Positions 38,912 to 49,149 of a stretch of DNA of 64,000 nt are shown piece after piece; position 1 is the stretch's first letter; every line of letters starts with the position of its first letter. The notes under the pieces are model-generated. The model ran no database searches. It was not told the DNA's origin and was given only the letters and a program-made list of their open reading frames with translations. The stretch lies in the IMG/VR virus record IMGVR_UViG_3300043464_002149; one strand, written 5' to 3'. The translations under genes were made by a program, and so were the position numbers. This stretch comes from a virus (lineage: Duplodnaviria > Caudoviricetes).

Positions 38912-39693
38912 AAAATATAACAGTAGTATTACCAGTTCACAAAATCGATGAAGATTATAAAGACATGTTACAGTATTCTGTAGAATCGGTTAAACAATTT
39001 TATAATGATGTAAAATTATTAATTGTTGCCCCGAATAGTTTAAAAAGTGAACTAAGTAAAATTGATTTAGGCCAAAAATTAGAAATTAATTATCACTACC
39101 ATAATAGTGATACTGATTTTTGTACACAAATAAATGAAGGAGCTAGTAAATGCGAAACCGAATGGTTTTCAATTCTTGAGATTGATGATGTGTATCAAAA
39201 AGTTTGGTTGTCTAGTTTAAACCAATATATGGTAGAAAATCCAGAAGCAGAAGTTTTCTTACCAATTGTAAAAGATATTGATGAAAAGGGAAATTTTACA
39301 AACTTTACAAATGAATCTGTTTGGGCTTATGGCTTTTCTGAAGTTCAAGGAGAATTAGATAATGAAGTTTTATTAGAATATCAGAGCTACCAAATAAGTG
39401 GCGGTCTTTATAAAACTAAAAAGTTTTTAGAAGTTGGTGGTTTGAAATCAAATATAAAATTAACCTTTGGTTATGAACTTTTATTGAGATTGACACACAA
39501 TGGCTCTAAAATTGTTGTAATTCCAAGACTTGGTTATAGACACGTGAATTTAAGAGAAGATTCTCTTTTTTGGAAATATAAAAATGATGAAACCTTAAAG
39601 TTAGGTGAAAAGGAAGCTAAATTTTGGATTGATACAGCAAAAAAAGAATTTTTCTTCACAAATAAACGAGAAGTAAATTATAATGAAAATTAA
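38908..39693 (+). CDS. Glycosyltransferase, GT-A fold (GT2-like)
   Basis: ITVVLPVH, QINEG, WFSILEIDD (DxD-like), GYELLLRL...IPRLGYRH. Confidence 0.75.
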   Translation: MKNITVVLPVHKIDEDYKDMLQYSVESVKQFYNDVKLLIVAPNSLKSELSKIDLGQKLEINYHYHNSDTDFCTQINEGASKCETEWFSILEIDDVYQKVWLSSLNQYMVENPEAEVFLPIVKDIDEKGNFTNFTNESVWAYGFSEVQGELDNEVLLEYQSYQISGGLYKTKKFLEVGGLKSNIKLTFGYELLLRLTHNGSKIVVIPRLGYRHVNLREDSLFWKYKNDETLKLGEKEAKFWIDTAKKEFFFTNKREVNYNEN

Positions 39694-40391
39694 TGCCAAG
39701 AAAACGAACCCAAAAAGTTTATTTTGGGGAGGATCAAGAAAAGGCGGTAGTTAAGTACTTAGAAAGTAGTGACGATGCAGAAAGAAACAAGATATTCAAC
39801 GAATATTTACGAGAACCCCTAGTAATAATGGTGGAAAGTATTATAAGAAGATATAAGCTTTACCGAAAAGATTTTGAATTTGAAGACTTACATACAGATA
39901 CAATGTCTTTTTTAATTACTAAAATCAATAAATTTGACCATACAAAAAACCATAAAGCATATTCATACTTTGGAACCATATGTAAGAATTACTTAATGGG
40001 GGCCATTCAAAAAGATACAAAAGACACAAATAGAAGTATTTCATATGAAGACATATCAGAAGATATTGAAAGTAGGTTAGATTTTTCATATACAATAGAC
40101 GATTATCATGTTGACTATTCTAATGTTATTATCACACTTACAAACAAACTAGAAGACTTTGTGGAAACAGAAGAATTAACAGATAATGAGAAGAAATTAG
40201 GATATGCTCTTTTAGAGATTTTTAGCAATTTTGAATCGATTTTTCAAATAGGTGATGGTAACAAGTTTAATAAAAATTTAATCCTCCTATCATTAAGGGA
40301 AATGACATCCTTATCCACTAAGGAAATTCGTATATCATTAAAAAGATATAAGACATTATATGATGGGATATTGGGGGGATTTTTAGAATAA
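39693..40391 (+). CDS. Phage RNA polymerase sigma factor (gp55-like late sigma candidate)
   Basis: Region-2-like FEDLHTDTMSFLITKINKFDHTKNHKAYSYFGTICKNYL. Confidence 0.8.
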   Translation: MPRKRTQKVYFGEDQEKAVVKYLESSDDAERNKIFNEYLREPLVIMVESIIRRYKLYRKDFEFEDLHTDTMSFLITKINKFDHTKNHKAYSYFGTICKNYLMGAIQKDTKDTNRSISYEDISEDIESRLDFSYTIDDYHVDYSNVIITLTNKLEDFVETEELTDNEKKLGYALLEIFSNFESIFQIGDGNKFNKNLILLSLREMTSLSTKEIRISLKRYKTLYDGILGGFLE

Positions 40392-40406
40392 ATCTATTTA
40401 TTATTT

Positions 40407-40775
40407 ATGAGACCACCAAGAAAAACATTATCATTAGATACCGACTCAGCTCTGGCACTAATGCAAGAAATCTACCATGATATTGTAGAACAAAAAAACA
40501 CGGCAACATTAATAATGAAAAAGATGCTTTCTTTTATGAAAGAGTCTGAAGACATGTCAGTTATTGGACCAGTTATTAAGGAACAACAAAAAATCCTTAA
40601 CGAGTGTACAGAGAAAAAAATCTCTCTGGTTAAGATACAAAACGCCTTAATTCAGAAAGGTGCGACATCAGATAAATTCGCTCCAGGTAAGTTAACACTA
40701 ACAGATGAGGATAGAGAGATGTTAGAAAAGCTTATGGATGATGATAAAGATAAAGGACAAAAATTTGAGCTATAA
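40407..40775 (+). CDS. Hypothetical helical protein
   Basis: 122-aa helical ORF with the late motif upstream. It could be a small terminase subunit, but there is no direct support. Confidence 0.45.
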   Translation: MRPPRKTLSLDTDSALALMQEIYHDIVEQKNTATLIMKKMLSFMKESEDMSVIGPVIKEQQKILNECTEKKISLVKIQNALIQKGATSDKFAPGKLTLTDEDREMLEKLMDDDKDKGQKFEL

Positions 40776-42670
40776 TGTACGATTTAAAAGAAAAACGAGC
40801 ACAAATTAAATCTAAACTTAGAGCTATTCAAGTTGCTAATAATTTAAAAACTAGCGGAATAGAGGGTTTAGGTAAATTTGATGACACGATTGAAAACCTA
40901 CAAGGCCAAATTGGTAGTACTATTGAGGGCTTTACTGATAAAGTTAAAAATAAACTACCGAATACCGAGAATTTATTTGAAAAAATAACGAAAGATCTTG
41001 AACAAATCTTACCTAAAAAAAATAATGAAAGTTTATTAAGAACAACAACTAGAGATGCTGTTAAGCGTACATCAGCTCTTATTAAACCAATTTTTTTAAG
41101 TAATATAAGAAAGCTATTTTTTGCAAATGATAGCGATTTTGGTTGTGGAGCCCAAACATTAATGCCAGTTAGTGGATTAACCATTTCACCAAAAGAATTT
41201 GATCCTTTAGATATATTACAAACTAGCCCATTTGATAATTTGGGTAAAATATCTTATGAAGGTCAGCAATCTTCTAATAAAATAAAAATGAATAGGGTTT
41301 TTTATGATACATTTAGTACTAGCCCATATGCTTTTATTCCTGAAGATGAGACACAATTATTTAAAATGAACTGGAATGGAGGTATTCAAAAATTTGAAAT
41401 AACAGAAATAGATACAACAACAGTGACGGTTGATAAATTTATAACCAACTATTACGAATCAATAGAATTCCCTAGTCTTACTGACGTTGTTAAAAATACA
41501 TTTAATTTTATTATTCCGGTTGGGGACGCTTTAACTATAACCCCTGGTGGAAAAAGTAATCCAGCATTTGATTCAGCAATAAATAAATTAAATAAAACTA
41601 TAGAAAAATTAACCGGGTATTGTGGTGACACTAATCAGGATTTAAAACAAAACCCAACAGATCAATTTTCTGAAAGAGAAATGGATGTTTCAACATTTTT
41701 TGATTTTGATGATGTTGAGGGTATTGATTTAGACGATGAAAGTAGAAGATTAAATAAGGTATTAAGATTCACAGACTGTAACAACTTTGATTTACCAATG
41801 AATCAAAAAATTGTTGAAGACTTTGCATTTTATGCTTCTACCAAAAATGAAGTTGAAGTTTTTAAAGCGTTTGATAGTGCTTTAGTTAAAACAGCTAAAG
41901 ACGCAGCAAGCAAAAATATATCAATTCCATTTCCTAATTTTTTACTTAATTTACAACTTAATTCTTTAAAGAATTTACCTAAAGCATTACTTTCAGTAGT
42001 GATGTCTCCTAAATTCTTTTTTCCAATTGTAGTTTTATGGAAAATGTTAAAAGCAGCGTCAATTACTGCGTTTATTAATGTTAAAACAATAATTAAAAAT
42101 ATTTCTAAATTCTTATATAACACATTAAAAGATATTTGGAATAAATTCTTAGAGATATTCTGGAAATTAATTAAACCACAAATTTTAGTTATCATAAAAG
42201 ATTTAATTAAAAGAATTACAAAAAACTCTAAATCAAGATTAAAAACCATTATTCTTGCTTTAATAGATATATTAAGTATGATTATACCATTTGTTGGTAT
42301 TAAAAGTTGTGAAGACTTCTATAATGCTATATTACAGGTATTGAACTTAGTAAGGGTTGGTGTTAATCAAAAAATTAATGGTCTATTATTACAGTTAAGT
42401 AAAAGATTACCAGGATATAGTGAAGATAGAGCAGCAGCAAACGTTGCTCAATTACTAGAGGCAAACGGTATACCAACTGGCGATCTTTTTGGTGAAGAAA
42501 ATAATGTTATGTCTTTTGTTTCATCTATTTTAAAAGGACATCAAAAAGAAATGGATGAAAATTCATTTGTACAAGTTAGCTTAGATTATGCTCAAATACC
42601 GGTAGCACCATTGGGTGGTGCCGCAATAATACCTCCAGGTTTATTAAAAGCACATGGTAAATTAACATAA
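40775..42670 (+). CDS. Hypothetical protein, probably baseplate-associated (631 aa)
   Basis: Translationally coupled in the operon leading to the gp5-like spike gene. Confidence 0.45.
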   Translation: MYDLKEKRAQIKSKLRAIQVANNLKTSGIEGLGKFDDTIENLQGQIGSTIEGFTDKVKNKLPNTENLFEKITKDLEQILPKKNNESLLRTTTRDAVKRTSALIKPIFLSNIRKLFFANDSDFGCGAQTLMPVSGLTISPKEFDPLDILQTSPFDNLGKISYEGQQSSNKIKMNRVFYDTFSTSPYAFIPEDETQLFKMNWNGGIQKFEITEIDTTTVTVDKFITNYYESIEFPSLTDVVKNTFNFIIPVGDALTITPGGKSNPAFDSAINKLNKTIEKLTGYCGDTNQDLKQNPTDQFSEREMDVSTFFDFDDVEGIDLDDESRRLNKVLRFTDCNNFDLPMNQKIVEDFAFYASTKNEVEVFKAFDSALVKTAKDAASKNISIPFPNFLLNLQLNSLKNLPKALLSVVMSPKFFFPIVVLWKMLKAASITAFINVKTIIKNISKFLYNTLKDIWNKFLEIFWKLIKPQILVIIKDLIKRITKNSKSRLKTIILALIDILSMIIPFVGIKSCEDFYNAILQVLNLVRVGVNQKINGLLLQLSKRLPGYSEDRAAANVAQLLEANGIPTGDLFGEENNVMSFVSSILKGHQKEMDENSFVQVSLDYAQIPVAPLGGAAIIPPGLLKAHGKLT

Positions 42671-42671
42671 T

Positions 42672-42869
42672 ATGGATAAAGAAAAATATATTGAAATAGC
42701 AACAGATTGTGAAAACAGGAGCAACAAAGATCTTGTAGAAGCTAGGGATTTTTTTATTAACGAATTTGATGAATTGAAAATAGTAATAATAGATTTAACT
42801 AGAAAATTAGAAGCAGTAGAAACATTATATAATAAAATTAATAGCGAATTAAATAAAAGGTATAAATGA
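42672..42869 (+). CDS. Hypothetical coiled-coil protein (65 aa)
   Basis: Short ORF coupled to both neighbours. Confidence 0.5.
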   Translation: MDKEKYIEIATDCENRSNKDLVEARDFFINEFDELKIVIIDLTRKLEAVETLYNKINSELNKRYK

Positions 42870-44356
42870 AAATAATTGATATTGGTATTTGTATTGACAA
42901 CAAAGATCCTAGAGGTTTTGGTAGAATTAGAGCTAGAAATACCGAAGAACTAGATAGCACTAGAGCAAATGCTGTACCTTATAAGGACAAATGGTCTAAA
43001 GACGACCCATTTGTATATTCACCATTTTTACCAAATCATATCAATGTTATACCACAAGAACAACAGGCAGTAAAAATAGTTAGATATGATGACAGTAAAG
43101 GATTACAAAACCAAGAGTACATTGCCGGTCCATTCACCACACCTCACAACTTTAATTATCAAAACGAACTATCGCAATTAACTGAAACATCATTAGGTCA
43201 AAGAGGAGAAAAGACCCCCGCAATAAAATCTTTCACAGGTGATAAAAAAATTTATGATGATGGTTATTTAAGACCAGAATCGGTTGGTAGTTTACCAAAA
43301 ATTGATGATATTTCATTAAATGGTAATTACGGATCTGATATTATTCTAACAGAACATGGTGTGCAATTAAGGGCTGGTATTTTAATTCATAAAAATAATG
43401 CCACAAAAACCCAAAAAGAAGACTTGGAATTATATCCAATGTATTCACAAAAACATTCAAAACTATCTTTAAAAAAGTTTCCTAGTACAAAAAAATTAGA
43501 TAAAAAAATAATTGAAGAGACGACTATTCCTAGTATTGACATAAAACACATTTTTGAATATGATGTGGACAGTTTAACAGCACCAACAACAATAACATAT
43601 TCAATATATCGAATTGAAAGAAATGAGGGGGATAAGTACAAATCAGATGTTTTTAACATCAACACTGAATTAAATAGCGAAACCTCTAAACTTATACATA
43701 CAGAAACTGTTACCATTTCTTCAGAAACAAACGACGCTAAATTACAAGAAGCGTACATTCAAATTAGAGATTTCATATCAAAATTAGATACAGATAAACT
43801 GATTGATGTGGTGCCAGGATTAAATGATGAATATGCACACCCGTTTTATTTCAGACCTAAAAATACTTTAAGAACAAAACCGAACGCAAACTCTTTTTTA
43901 CAAAATATTGTACATTTAGACAAAACAAATGGTTTTGGTTTTTTATATAGTCAGAGCTCTCCAGATGTACAACCAGTAACTAAAATAGTTGAAAGACCAT
44001 ATTTAAAAAAAATTAGTGAAGTTGATCAAAGTTTTGCTGCTTTAACGGCTGATAAAGTATTGTATTTATCTACAAGTTCACAAGGTACTGACGGTAAAAA
44101 AATAGACTTTCGTGCATTAGATAAGTACGAATATACCGAAGAAGACTATATTATGAGAATTGTACCAAATACGTTCTCATCAGTTAGGGGAGAAAAACTA
44201 ATAGAAATATTAGAATTAATGACACTTATTCTCCTAAACCATACTCATGGTATTTTAACACCACCAAAGTATTTTAAGGCTACCGTAAATGAATTACAAA
44301 AATTAATATCAAGAGCAAAACAAGATATGGTTAATAGTTCGATTAGAATAAATTAA
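42866..44356 (+). CDS. Baseplate central spike (gp5/VgrG-like OB-fold; HxH tip motif)
   Basis: N-terminal DNKDPRGFGRIRA...IPQEQQAVKI (gp5 OB-fold) and C-terminal NHTHG..TPP. No lysozyme motif seen. Confidence 0.7.
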   Translation: MKIIDIGICIDNKDPRGFGRIRARNTEELDSTRANAVPYKDKWSKDDPFVYSPFLPNHINVIPQEQQAVKIVRYDDSKGLQNQEYIAGPFTTPHNFNYQNELSQLTETSLGQRGEKTPAIKSFTGDKKIYDDGYLRPESVGSLPKIDDISLNGNYGSDIILTEHGVQLRAGILIHKNNATKTQKEDLELYPMYSQKHSKLSLKKFPSTKKLDKKIIEETTIPSIDIKHIFEYDVDSLTAPTTITYSIYRIERNEGDKYKSDVFNINTELNSETSKLIHTETVTISSETNDAKLQEAYIQIRDFISKLDTDKLIDVVPGLNDEYAHPFYFRPKNTLRTKPNANSFLQNIVHLDKTNGFGFLYSQSSPDVQPVTKIVERPYLKKISEVDQSFAALTADKVLYLSTSSQGTDGKKIDFRALDKYEYTEEDYIMRIVPNTFSSVRGEKLIEILELMTLILLNHTHGILTPPKYFKATVNELQKLISRAKQDMVNSSIRIN

Positions 44357-44379
44357 TATGATATTTATTAAATAAAAAG

Positions 44380-45753
44380 ATGTCATATTTTCGTTCATAT
44401 TTTGAGAAAAATAACACCATATTAAAGGATTCCCAGGTTAATACTTCAAAGAATCCTAATACTGAACTTATATACGGATCAACATTTTCAAAGTTCCTAT
44501 TTAAGGTAGATTTTACCGATCTTAAACAAAAGGTAGATTCTGGTGAGTTTGTTGTTACAAGCGATACAACACATACATTACACCTAACAAACACCATATT
44601 TGGTGATGAAACCCTACTTAGACAAAAGAATGGTAGGGGAAGAGACAGAACAACCTCATTTGATATAATTGTATTCAAAATAAATGAATTTTGGGACGAA
44701 GGTGTTGGATTTGACTATGAGGATCAAATATTTGATTTTACAGATGGTAATAACACATTCGATGAAAGACCATCAAACTGGTTTAACAGGACCACATTAA
44801 ACAGCTGGACTAGTCAAGGTGTTTACACAACATCCCCAACTATAGTTAAAACTATTCACTTTGACAATGGTAATGAAGACATTCATGCTGACATTACAGA
44901 GTATGTAAACGGTATCATTGTTTCTGGAAATACAGATCATGGACTAGGACTAGCCTTTGCTGTATTATATCAAGATATTGAGGCCGAGGTTGATCAATCA
45001 GTAGCATTCTTTACAAAGTATACACAAACATTTTTTGAGCCGTATGTTGAAACCTTTTTTGATGATAAAATTGATGACGACAGACAAAACTTTATTGAAA
45101 AAACAACACAAAATCTTTATTTATATGTTACAAAAGGTACCAATTTTTATGATCTAGATAATTTACCCGCAGTAGATATTACAGATGCTGCTGGAAATGT
45201 TATTGTCGGTTTAGGTAATTTACCAGCAACAAAGGTAAAAAGAGGAGTGTATAAAATCACATTTGGCTTAGATGGGGTATTATGTGATGGAAAAAGATTT
45301 TATTATGATAAATGGAAAGGGGTGAGCTTAGATGGTGTATCCATAAACGATATAGTGCAAAAATTTGTACCAAAACCATATTCATCAAAGTTCTCTGTTG
45401 GAGAAAACGAAACAAACCTCCAAAGATATTCTGTTCAATTTTTTGGTATTAAATTGAATGAAAAAATTAAAAGAGACGAAATAAGAAAAATTGTCACAAC
45501 ATTTAGATCAATCGATACCCCTAAAAACGTTCTTTTAGATGAAGTATCATATAGGGTTTACATTAAAGAGGGTAAAACTAATGTTAATGTTTTTGATTGG
45601 ACACAAATGGACAAAACAAATGAAAATTCATTCATGTTAGATACATCTTATTTTATACCTAGAGAGTATTATCTAGAAATTAGAGGTAAAATGCATAATG
45701 AGTACATTTACTACAATGATACTATAAAATTTGAGATCGTCTCAGAAAAATAA
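44380..45753 (+). CDS. Hypothetical virion structural protein (457 aa)
   Basis: Beta-rich ORF with TATTTAT upstream (44362). Confidence 0.5.
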   Translation: MSYFRSYFEKNNTILKDSQVNTSKNPNTELIYGSTFSKFLFKVDFTDLKQKVDSGEFVVTSDTTHTLHLTNTIFGDETLLRQKNGRGRDRTTSFDIIVFKINEFWDEGVGFDYEDQIFDFTDGNNTFDERPSNWFNRTTLNSWTSQGVYTTSPTIVKTIHFDNGNEDIHADITEYVNGIIVSGNTDHGLGLAFAVLYQDIEAEVDQSVAFFTKYTQTFFEPYVETFFDDKIDDDRQNFIEKTTQNLYLYVTKGTNFYDLDNLPAVDITDAAGNVIVGLGNLPATKVKRGVYKITFGLDGVLCDGKRFYYDKWKGVSLDGVSINDIVQKFVPKPYSSKFSVGENETNLQRYSVQFFGIKLNEKIKRDEIRKIVTTFRSIDTPKNVLLDEVSYRVYIKEGKTNVNVFDWTQMDKTNENSFMLDTSYFIPREYYLEIRGKMHNEYIYYNDTIKFEIVSEK

Positions 45754-45768
45754 AACTATTTATATATT

Positions 45769-46212
45769 ATGGATATTAAAAATATTGTAAAAAAACACCT
45801 ATTAGAAGCTTTAGAAGAAGGTGGACAGAAACCAGAAAATTATATGTTTTTTGGTAATATAGAACAAATGGCTAGACAATGTAACCTTTTAATGAAAGAA
45901 GATCATACTCGTATTGATTCTATTTTAAAAGAACACGACTGGGCACAAGATCACATTGCAGAAGCTAAAAGTCTATTAGACCAAGTTTTTGATTTTTTAA
46001 TGAACGAAACAAGCAATGTAGAAGATTCATTAAATGAGGCTAAAGAAGATATTGACGAAAGTAAAAATAAGCCTACAAATGCGAAATTATGGTCTAGAGC
46101 CAAGTCTTTAGCAAAATCTAAGTTCAAAGTATATCCATCAGCATACGCTAACGGTTGGGCCGCAAAATGGTATAAAAAGCACGGTGGCGGTTGGAGAAAA
46201 ACAAAAAAGTAA
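45769..46212 (+). CDS. Acidic-N / basic-C protein with a DUF5872-like module
   Basis: PTNAKLWSRAKSLAKSKFKVYPSAYANGWAAKWYKKHGGGW. Confidence 0.55.
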   Translation: MDIKNIVKKHLLEALEEGGQKPENYMFFGNIEQMARQCNLLMKEDHTRIDSILKEHDWAQDHIAEAKSLLDQVFDFLMNETSNVEDSLNEAKEDIDESKNKPTNAKLWSRAKSLAKSKFKVYPSAYANGWAAKWYKKHGGGWRKTKK

Positions 46213-46213
46213 T

Positions 46214-46963
46214 ATGAAAATATTAGTAGGTGAGGAGGATTTAAAATATATTGAAGAATCTCTAAATAATGGAGAGGTTCTACAAGAGGATCTTAGAAGA
46301 TGGTTCAAAGAAAAATGGGTTGATGTCAGTAAAAAAGTTGGTGGTAAACACCCCCCTTGTGGTAGAAAAAGTGCGGACGGTAAATCATATCCTAAATGTA
46401 GACCATCTAAAAAAGTATCAAAAGAAACCCCTAAAGTTGCTTCTTCTTATGATAAAAAAGAAAAGAAAGCAATGACCACACAAAAAAGAAAAGCCGAAAA
46501 AAAGGACCCTAAAATAGGTACGGGTAATAAACCAACAAGGGTAAAATTCGATGAAGAAATGAAATCAAGAAAAGTAATTCAAATAACTGAAGAACAATTT
46601 AAACGTTTATTCGAGTACAACGAACAAACCCCTGTTTTAGTTTATGAAGATGAATCAGGTTCAGTTGAAAATACCAATTATATTGCTGATGATATTTTAA
46701 ATGAAGCTATATATCAGGGCCGTAAGGTTCAACTTGGAAAAATCATGCAGGGTGATATTAAAAAGTTTAAAGTTTATGTCAAGAATGATAAGGGTAAGGT
46801 GGTTAAGGTAAATTTCGGCTTTGGAGGTAAATCCGCAAAGGGAAAAAGAATGGTTATTAAGAAAAATAATCCTGAAAGACGTAAATCGTTTAGAGCTAGA
46901 CATAATTGTGCAAATCCTGGTCCACGTTGGAAACCTCGTTATTGGGCGTGTAAAACTTGGTAA
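46214..46963 (+). CDS. Protein with two Cys-containing basic modules (DUF5872-like plus a RKSFRARHNC module)
   Basis: LRRWFKEKWVDV...PCGR...YPKCRP...TP and KVNFG...RRKSFRARHNC...RYWACKTW. Start reassigned to MKILV. Confidence 0.55.
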   Translation: MKILVGEEDLKYIEESLNNGEVLQEDLRRWFKEKWVDVSKKVGGKHPPCGRKSADGKSYPKCRPSKKVSKETPKVASSYDKKEKKAMTTQKRKAEKKDPKIGTGNKPTRVKFDEEMKSRKVIQITEEQFKRLFEYNEQTPVLVYEDESGSVENTNYIADDILNEAIYQGRKVQLGKIMQGDIKKFKVYVKNDKGKVVKVNFGFGGKSAKGKRMVIKKNNPERRKSFRARHNCANPGPRWKPRYWACKTW

Positions 46964-46971
46964 TTTTATAA

Positions 46972-47286
46972 TCAGATTAGTCTAATCTTTGACCAATACC
47001 AGATTTTATTATCAGAATACCTATGGAGGCTTTTAGCCTCTTTTTTTTCGACTAATTTACCCATTTGAACTAAATGTTCATGGTTTCTTAGATCTACCCC
47101 AATATTAAACCCTCCGTCGCATTTATCATGCGTAGTTTCTCTCATGGGTTCAACATACTTACCCTCATCAAAAAGTTTAAGCATTTTAACCATTTCATCT
47201 TTCTTCATCTTACAGTCTATGCCCCTTTGATTTATCATTTTTTCCAGGACATCGGTACGCAATTTACTATAATCTGTTTGATTCAT
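46972..47286 (-). CDS. Small protein with N-terminal SAP/HeH-like DNA-binding helix pair
   Basis: YSKLRTDVLEKMINQRGIDCKMKKDEMVKML. Start reassigned downstream of the terminator and TATTTAT motif (47297). Confidence 0.5.
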   Translation of the reverse strand: MNQTDYSKLRTDVLEKMINQRGIDCKMKKDEMVKMLKLFDEGKYVEPMRETTHDKCDGGFNIGVDLRNHEHLVQMGKLVEKKEAKSLHRYSDNKIWYWSKIRLI

Positions 47287-47331
47287 AAACACAAAAATAA
47301 ATAATATTTCGGAATATTCCAAAAACAAAAA

Positions 47332-47351
47332 ACCCCCCGAATCCGGGGGGT
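47332..47351 (-). terminator. Strong terminator after the major capsid gene
   Basis: ACCCCCCG-AATC-CGGGGGGT, flanked by A/T runs on both sides. Confidence 0.85.
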
Positions 47352-47373
47352 CTTTTATATTATACAATTAAGA

Positions 47374-49116
47374 TTATCTTAAAGTATCCAAGCTAAATGT
47401 GCTCAAGCCACTTACGTTGATCACACCGAAGTAACGGTTGTTAACCATTTTCTTCGCGTATCTTGTCATGATACCTTTGATTGGTGTCATGTTAAATGGA
47501 TTGTACATTGTTGGTGTTAATTGTAAAGGTACATATGGTGCGTAGATGTAACCAGCATCCAATAATGATTTACCTTTGTGACCGATCACGATTTTACCTG
47601 CTGGTAAATATGGATCACGGTATACTTGATAACGACCAGCTAATGAACCGATTTTCTCAATACCCATGTTGTATTGATCTTGCTCAGGAGCAGCATTTGA
47701 TACGTGGAAATACTCTAAATCGTCGAATACTGCAGAAACTTCTGAAGATACTACGATCCAGTTAGCACCACCTCTCAATGTTGTTTTATGGATTTGAGCA
47801 GAAATTTGGTTGATTTTTGTAACCAAAGTTTGGTTCCAGTCTTTCTGAGTGTAACCCATAAATGGTGTTCCACCAGTTGCACCGTACTTCCACTCGTTGT
47901 AATCCCACTTAGCAGTCCAAGCAGCACCTTTTCTAAGGTCACGTAAAATTTCACGGTCAACCTCAGCAGCGATTTGCTCAGATAATAAAGCTGTTAATTC
48001 AGCTTCAGCATCGATGTTATGGAACGCAGAAACGTCTTGTGCTAATTCTGGAGACCAGCTAGCTCTTAATTTTCTTTCAGTTACAGAAACTGTTACAGAA
48101 GAAAGATCGAAAGAAACCTCACCGATTTCATCTTCAAATTCTAAAGTTTCGTATACTCTGTAAGTTACTTTGAAGTTAGCTAAAGCTAAATCGTTAGAAC
48201 TGAAATCAGATGCTGCGAAACCTGAAGTTGTACTGTATGATTCTAAGTCAACGTTAAGGTAGATTAAACCTTCTTCGTCACAAATATCATTGAATCTGTT
48301 AAGACCAGAACCACCTTTTCTACCATACTCAACGATACCTTTACCATATTTTTGAGTTACAATGTTAAAGTTTTTAACACCGTTGTTAGCAGTTGTGTTA
48401 CCAGTGATTTCAACTTGTAAAGAAGCTAAGAATTCTTCAGTGTCCATAGCATTACCATTAACACCTACTAATTTACCTTGACCGTCTTTAGTGAAACCAG
48501 AAAGAACGATAATTGCGCTAGATACAGATGCACCACTTAAAGCAGTTGCACTTGTAGAAGCAGCGCCATTAGAGAAAGCTACGAATGCATGAGGGTTTAC
48601 TTCAGCAACTGTGAAAGAACCTTTTGAATAATCAAAAAGACCTTGATCAGCAGCATCTGAACCTTCATAGAAACGATCGTAAAGACTTCTAGCACTTGTT
48701 GTACCAGTTTCATAACCTAATGTAGCAGCATCGCTATTGCCTGGCATACCAAACGGTGCTCTGTGTGCATTAGATTGTCTTTCTTGAATTTTAGGTACGA
48801 AGTAGAACAATTTACCAATTGGTAAGTTCATAGCTTGTACAGAAACGATGTCATTCGCTAATAATTTAGAGAAAACACGACGGATGATAGGGAATACCAC
48901 TGTCTCGAATGATCCTGAAGAGTCAGAAACTGCTGCTTCATTGATTAAATAAGACGCTTGGTTTTCATACAACTGTGCGATGTTATCTTTTTGATGGCCG
49001 TCAAGACCTTCTAGGAATCCTAAGTCTTCCCATTTTTTGATGGTATCTTCTTTGATAACACGTAAGTGCTTAAGACCGATGTTACCAACCATACCTGATT
49101 CTAATAATGCTCCCAT
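47374..49116 (-). CDS. gp23: Major capsid protein (T4 gp23-like)
   Basis: PIIRRVF...DIVSVQAM..P.G..FY, ERKLRASWSPELAQDV.AFH.IDAEAELT..LSEQIAAEVDREIL, YAPYVPLQ, GIMTRYA. Confidence 0.96.
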   Translation of the reverse strand: MGALLESGMVGNIGLKHLRVIKEDTIKKWEDLGFLEGLDGHQKDNIAQLYENQASYLINEAAVSDSSGSFETVVFPIIRRVFSKLLANDIVSVQAMNLPIGKLFYFVPKIQERQSNAHRAPFGMPGNSDAATLGYETGTTSARSLYDRFYEGSDAADQGLFDYSKGSFTVAEVNPHAFVAFSNGAASTSATALSGASVSSAIIVLSGFTKDGQGKLVGVNGNAMDTEEFLASLQVEITGNTTANNGVKNFNIVTQKYGKGIVEYGRKGGSGLNRFNDICDEEGLIYLNVDLESYSTTSGFAASDFSSNDLALANFKVTYRVYETLEFEDEIGEVSFDLSSVTVSVTERKLRASWSPELAQDVSAFHNIDAEAELTALLSEQIAAEVDREILRDLRKGAAWTAKWDYNEWKYGATGGTPFMGYTQKDWNQTLVTKINQISAQIHKTTLRGGANWIVVSSEVSAVFDDLEYFHVSNAAPEQDQYNMGIEKIGSLAGRYQVYRDPYLPAGKIVIGHKGKSLLDAGYIYAPYVPLQLTPTMYNPFNMTPIKGIMTRYAKKMVNNRYFGVINVSGLSTFSLDTLR

Positions 49117-49149
49117 TTTTTAGTTTGTTTTATTTGTTTTTTTAGTTTA

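Noticed and set aside
40407-40775. Assignment as small terminase subunit
   Set aside because: Size and helicity fit, but no diagnostic motif is recognisable and the gene is far from terL. Left as hypothetical.
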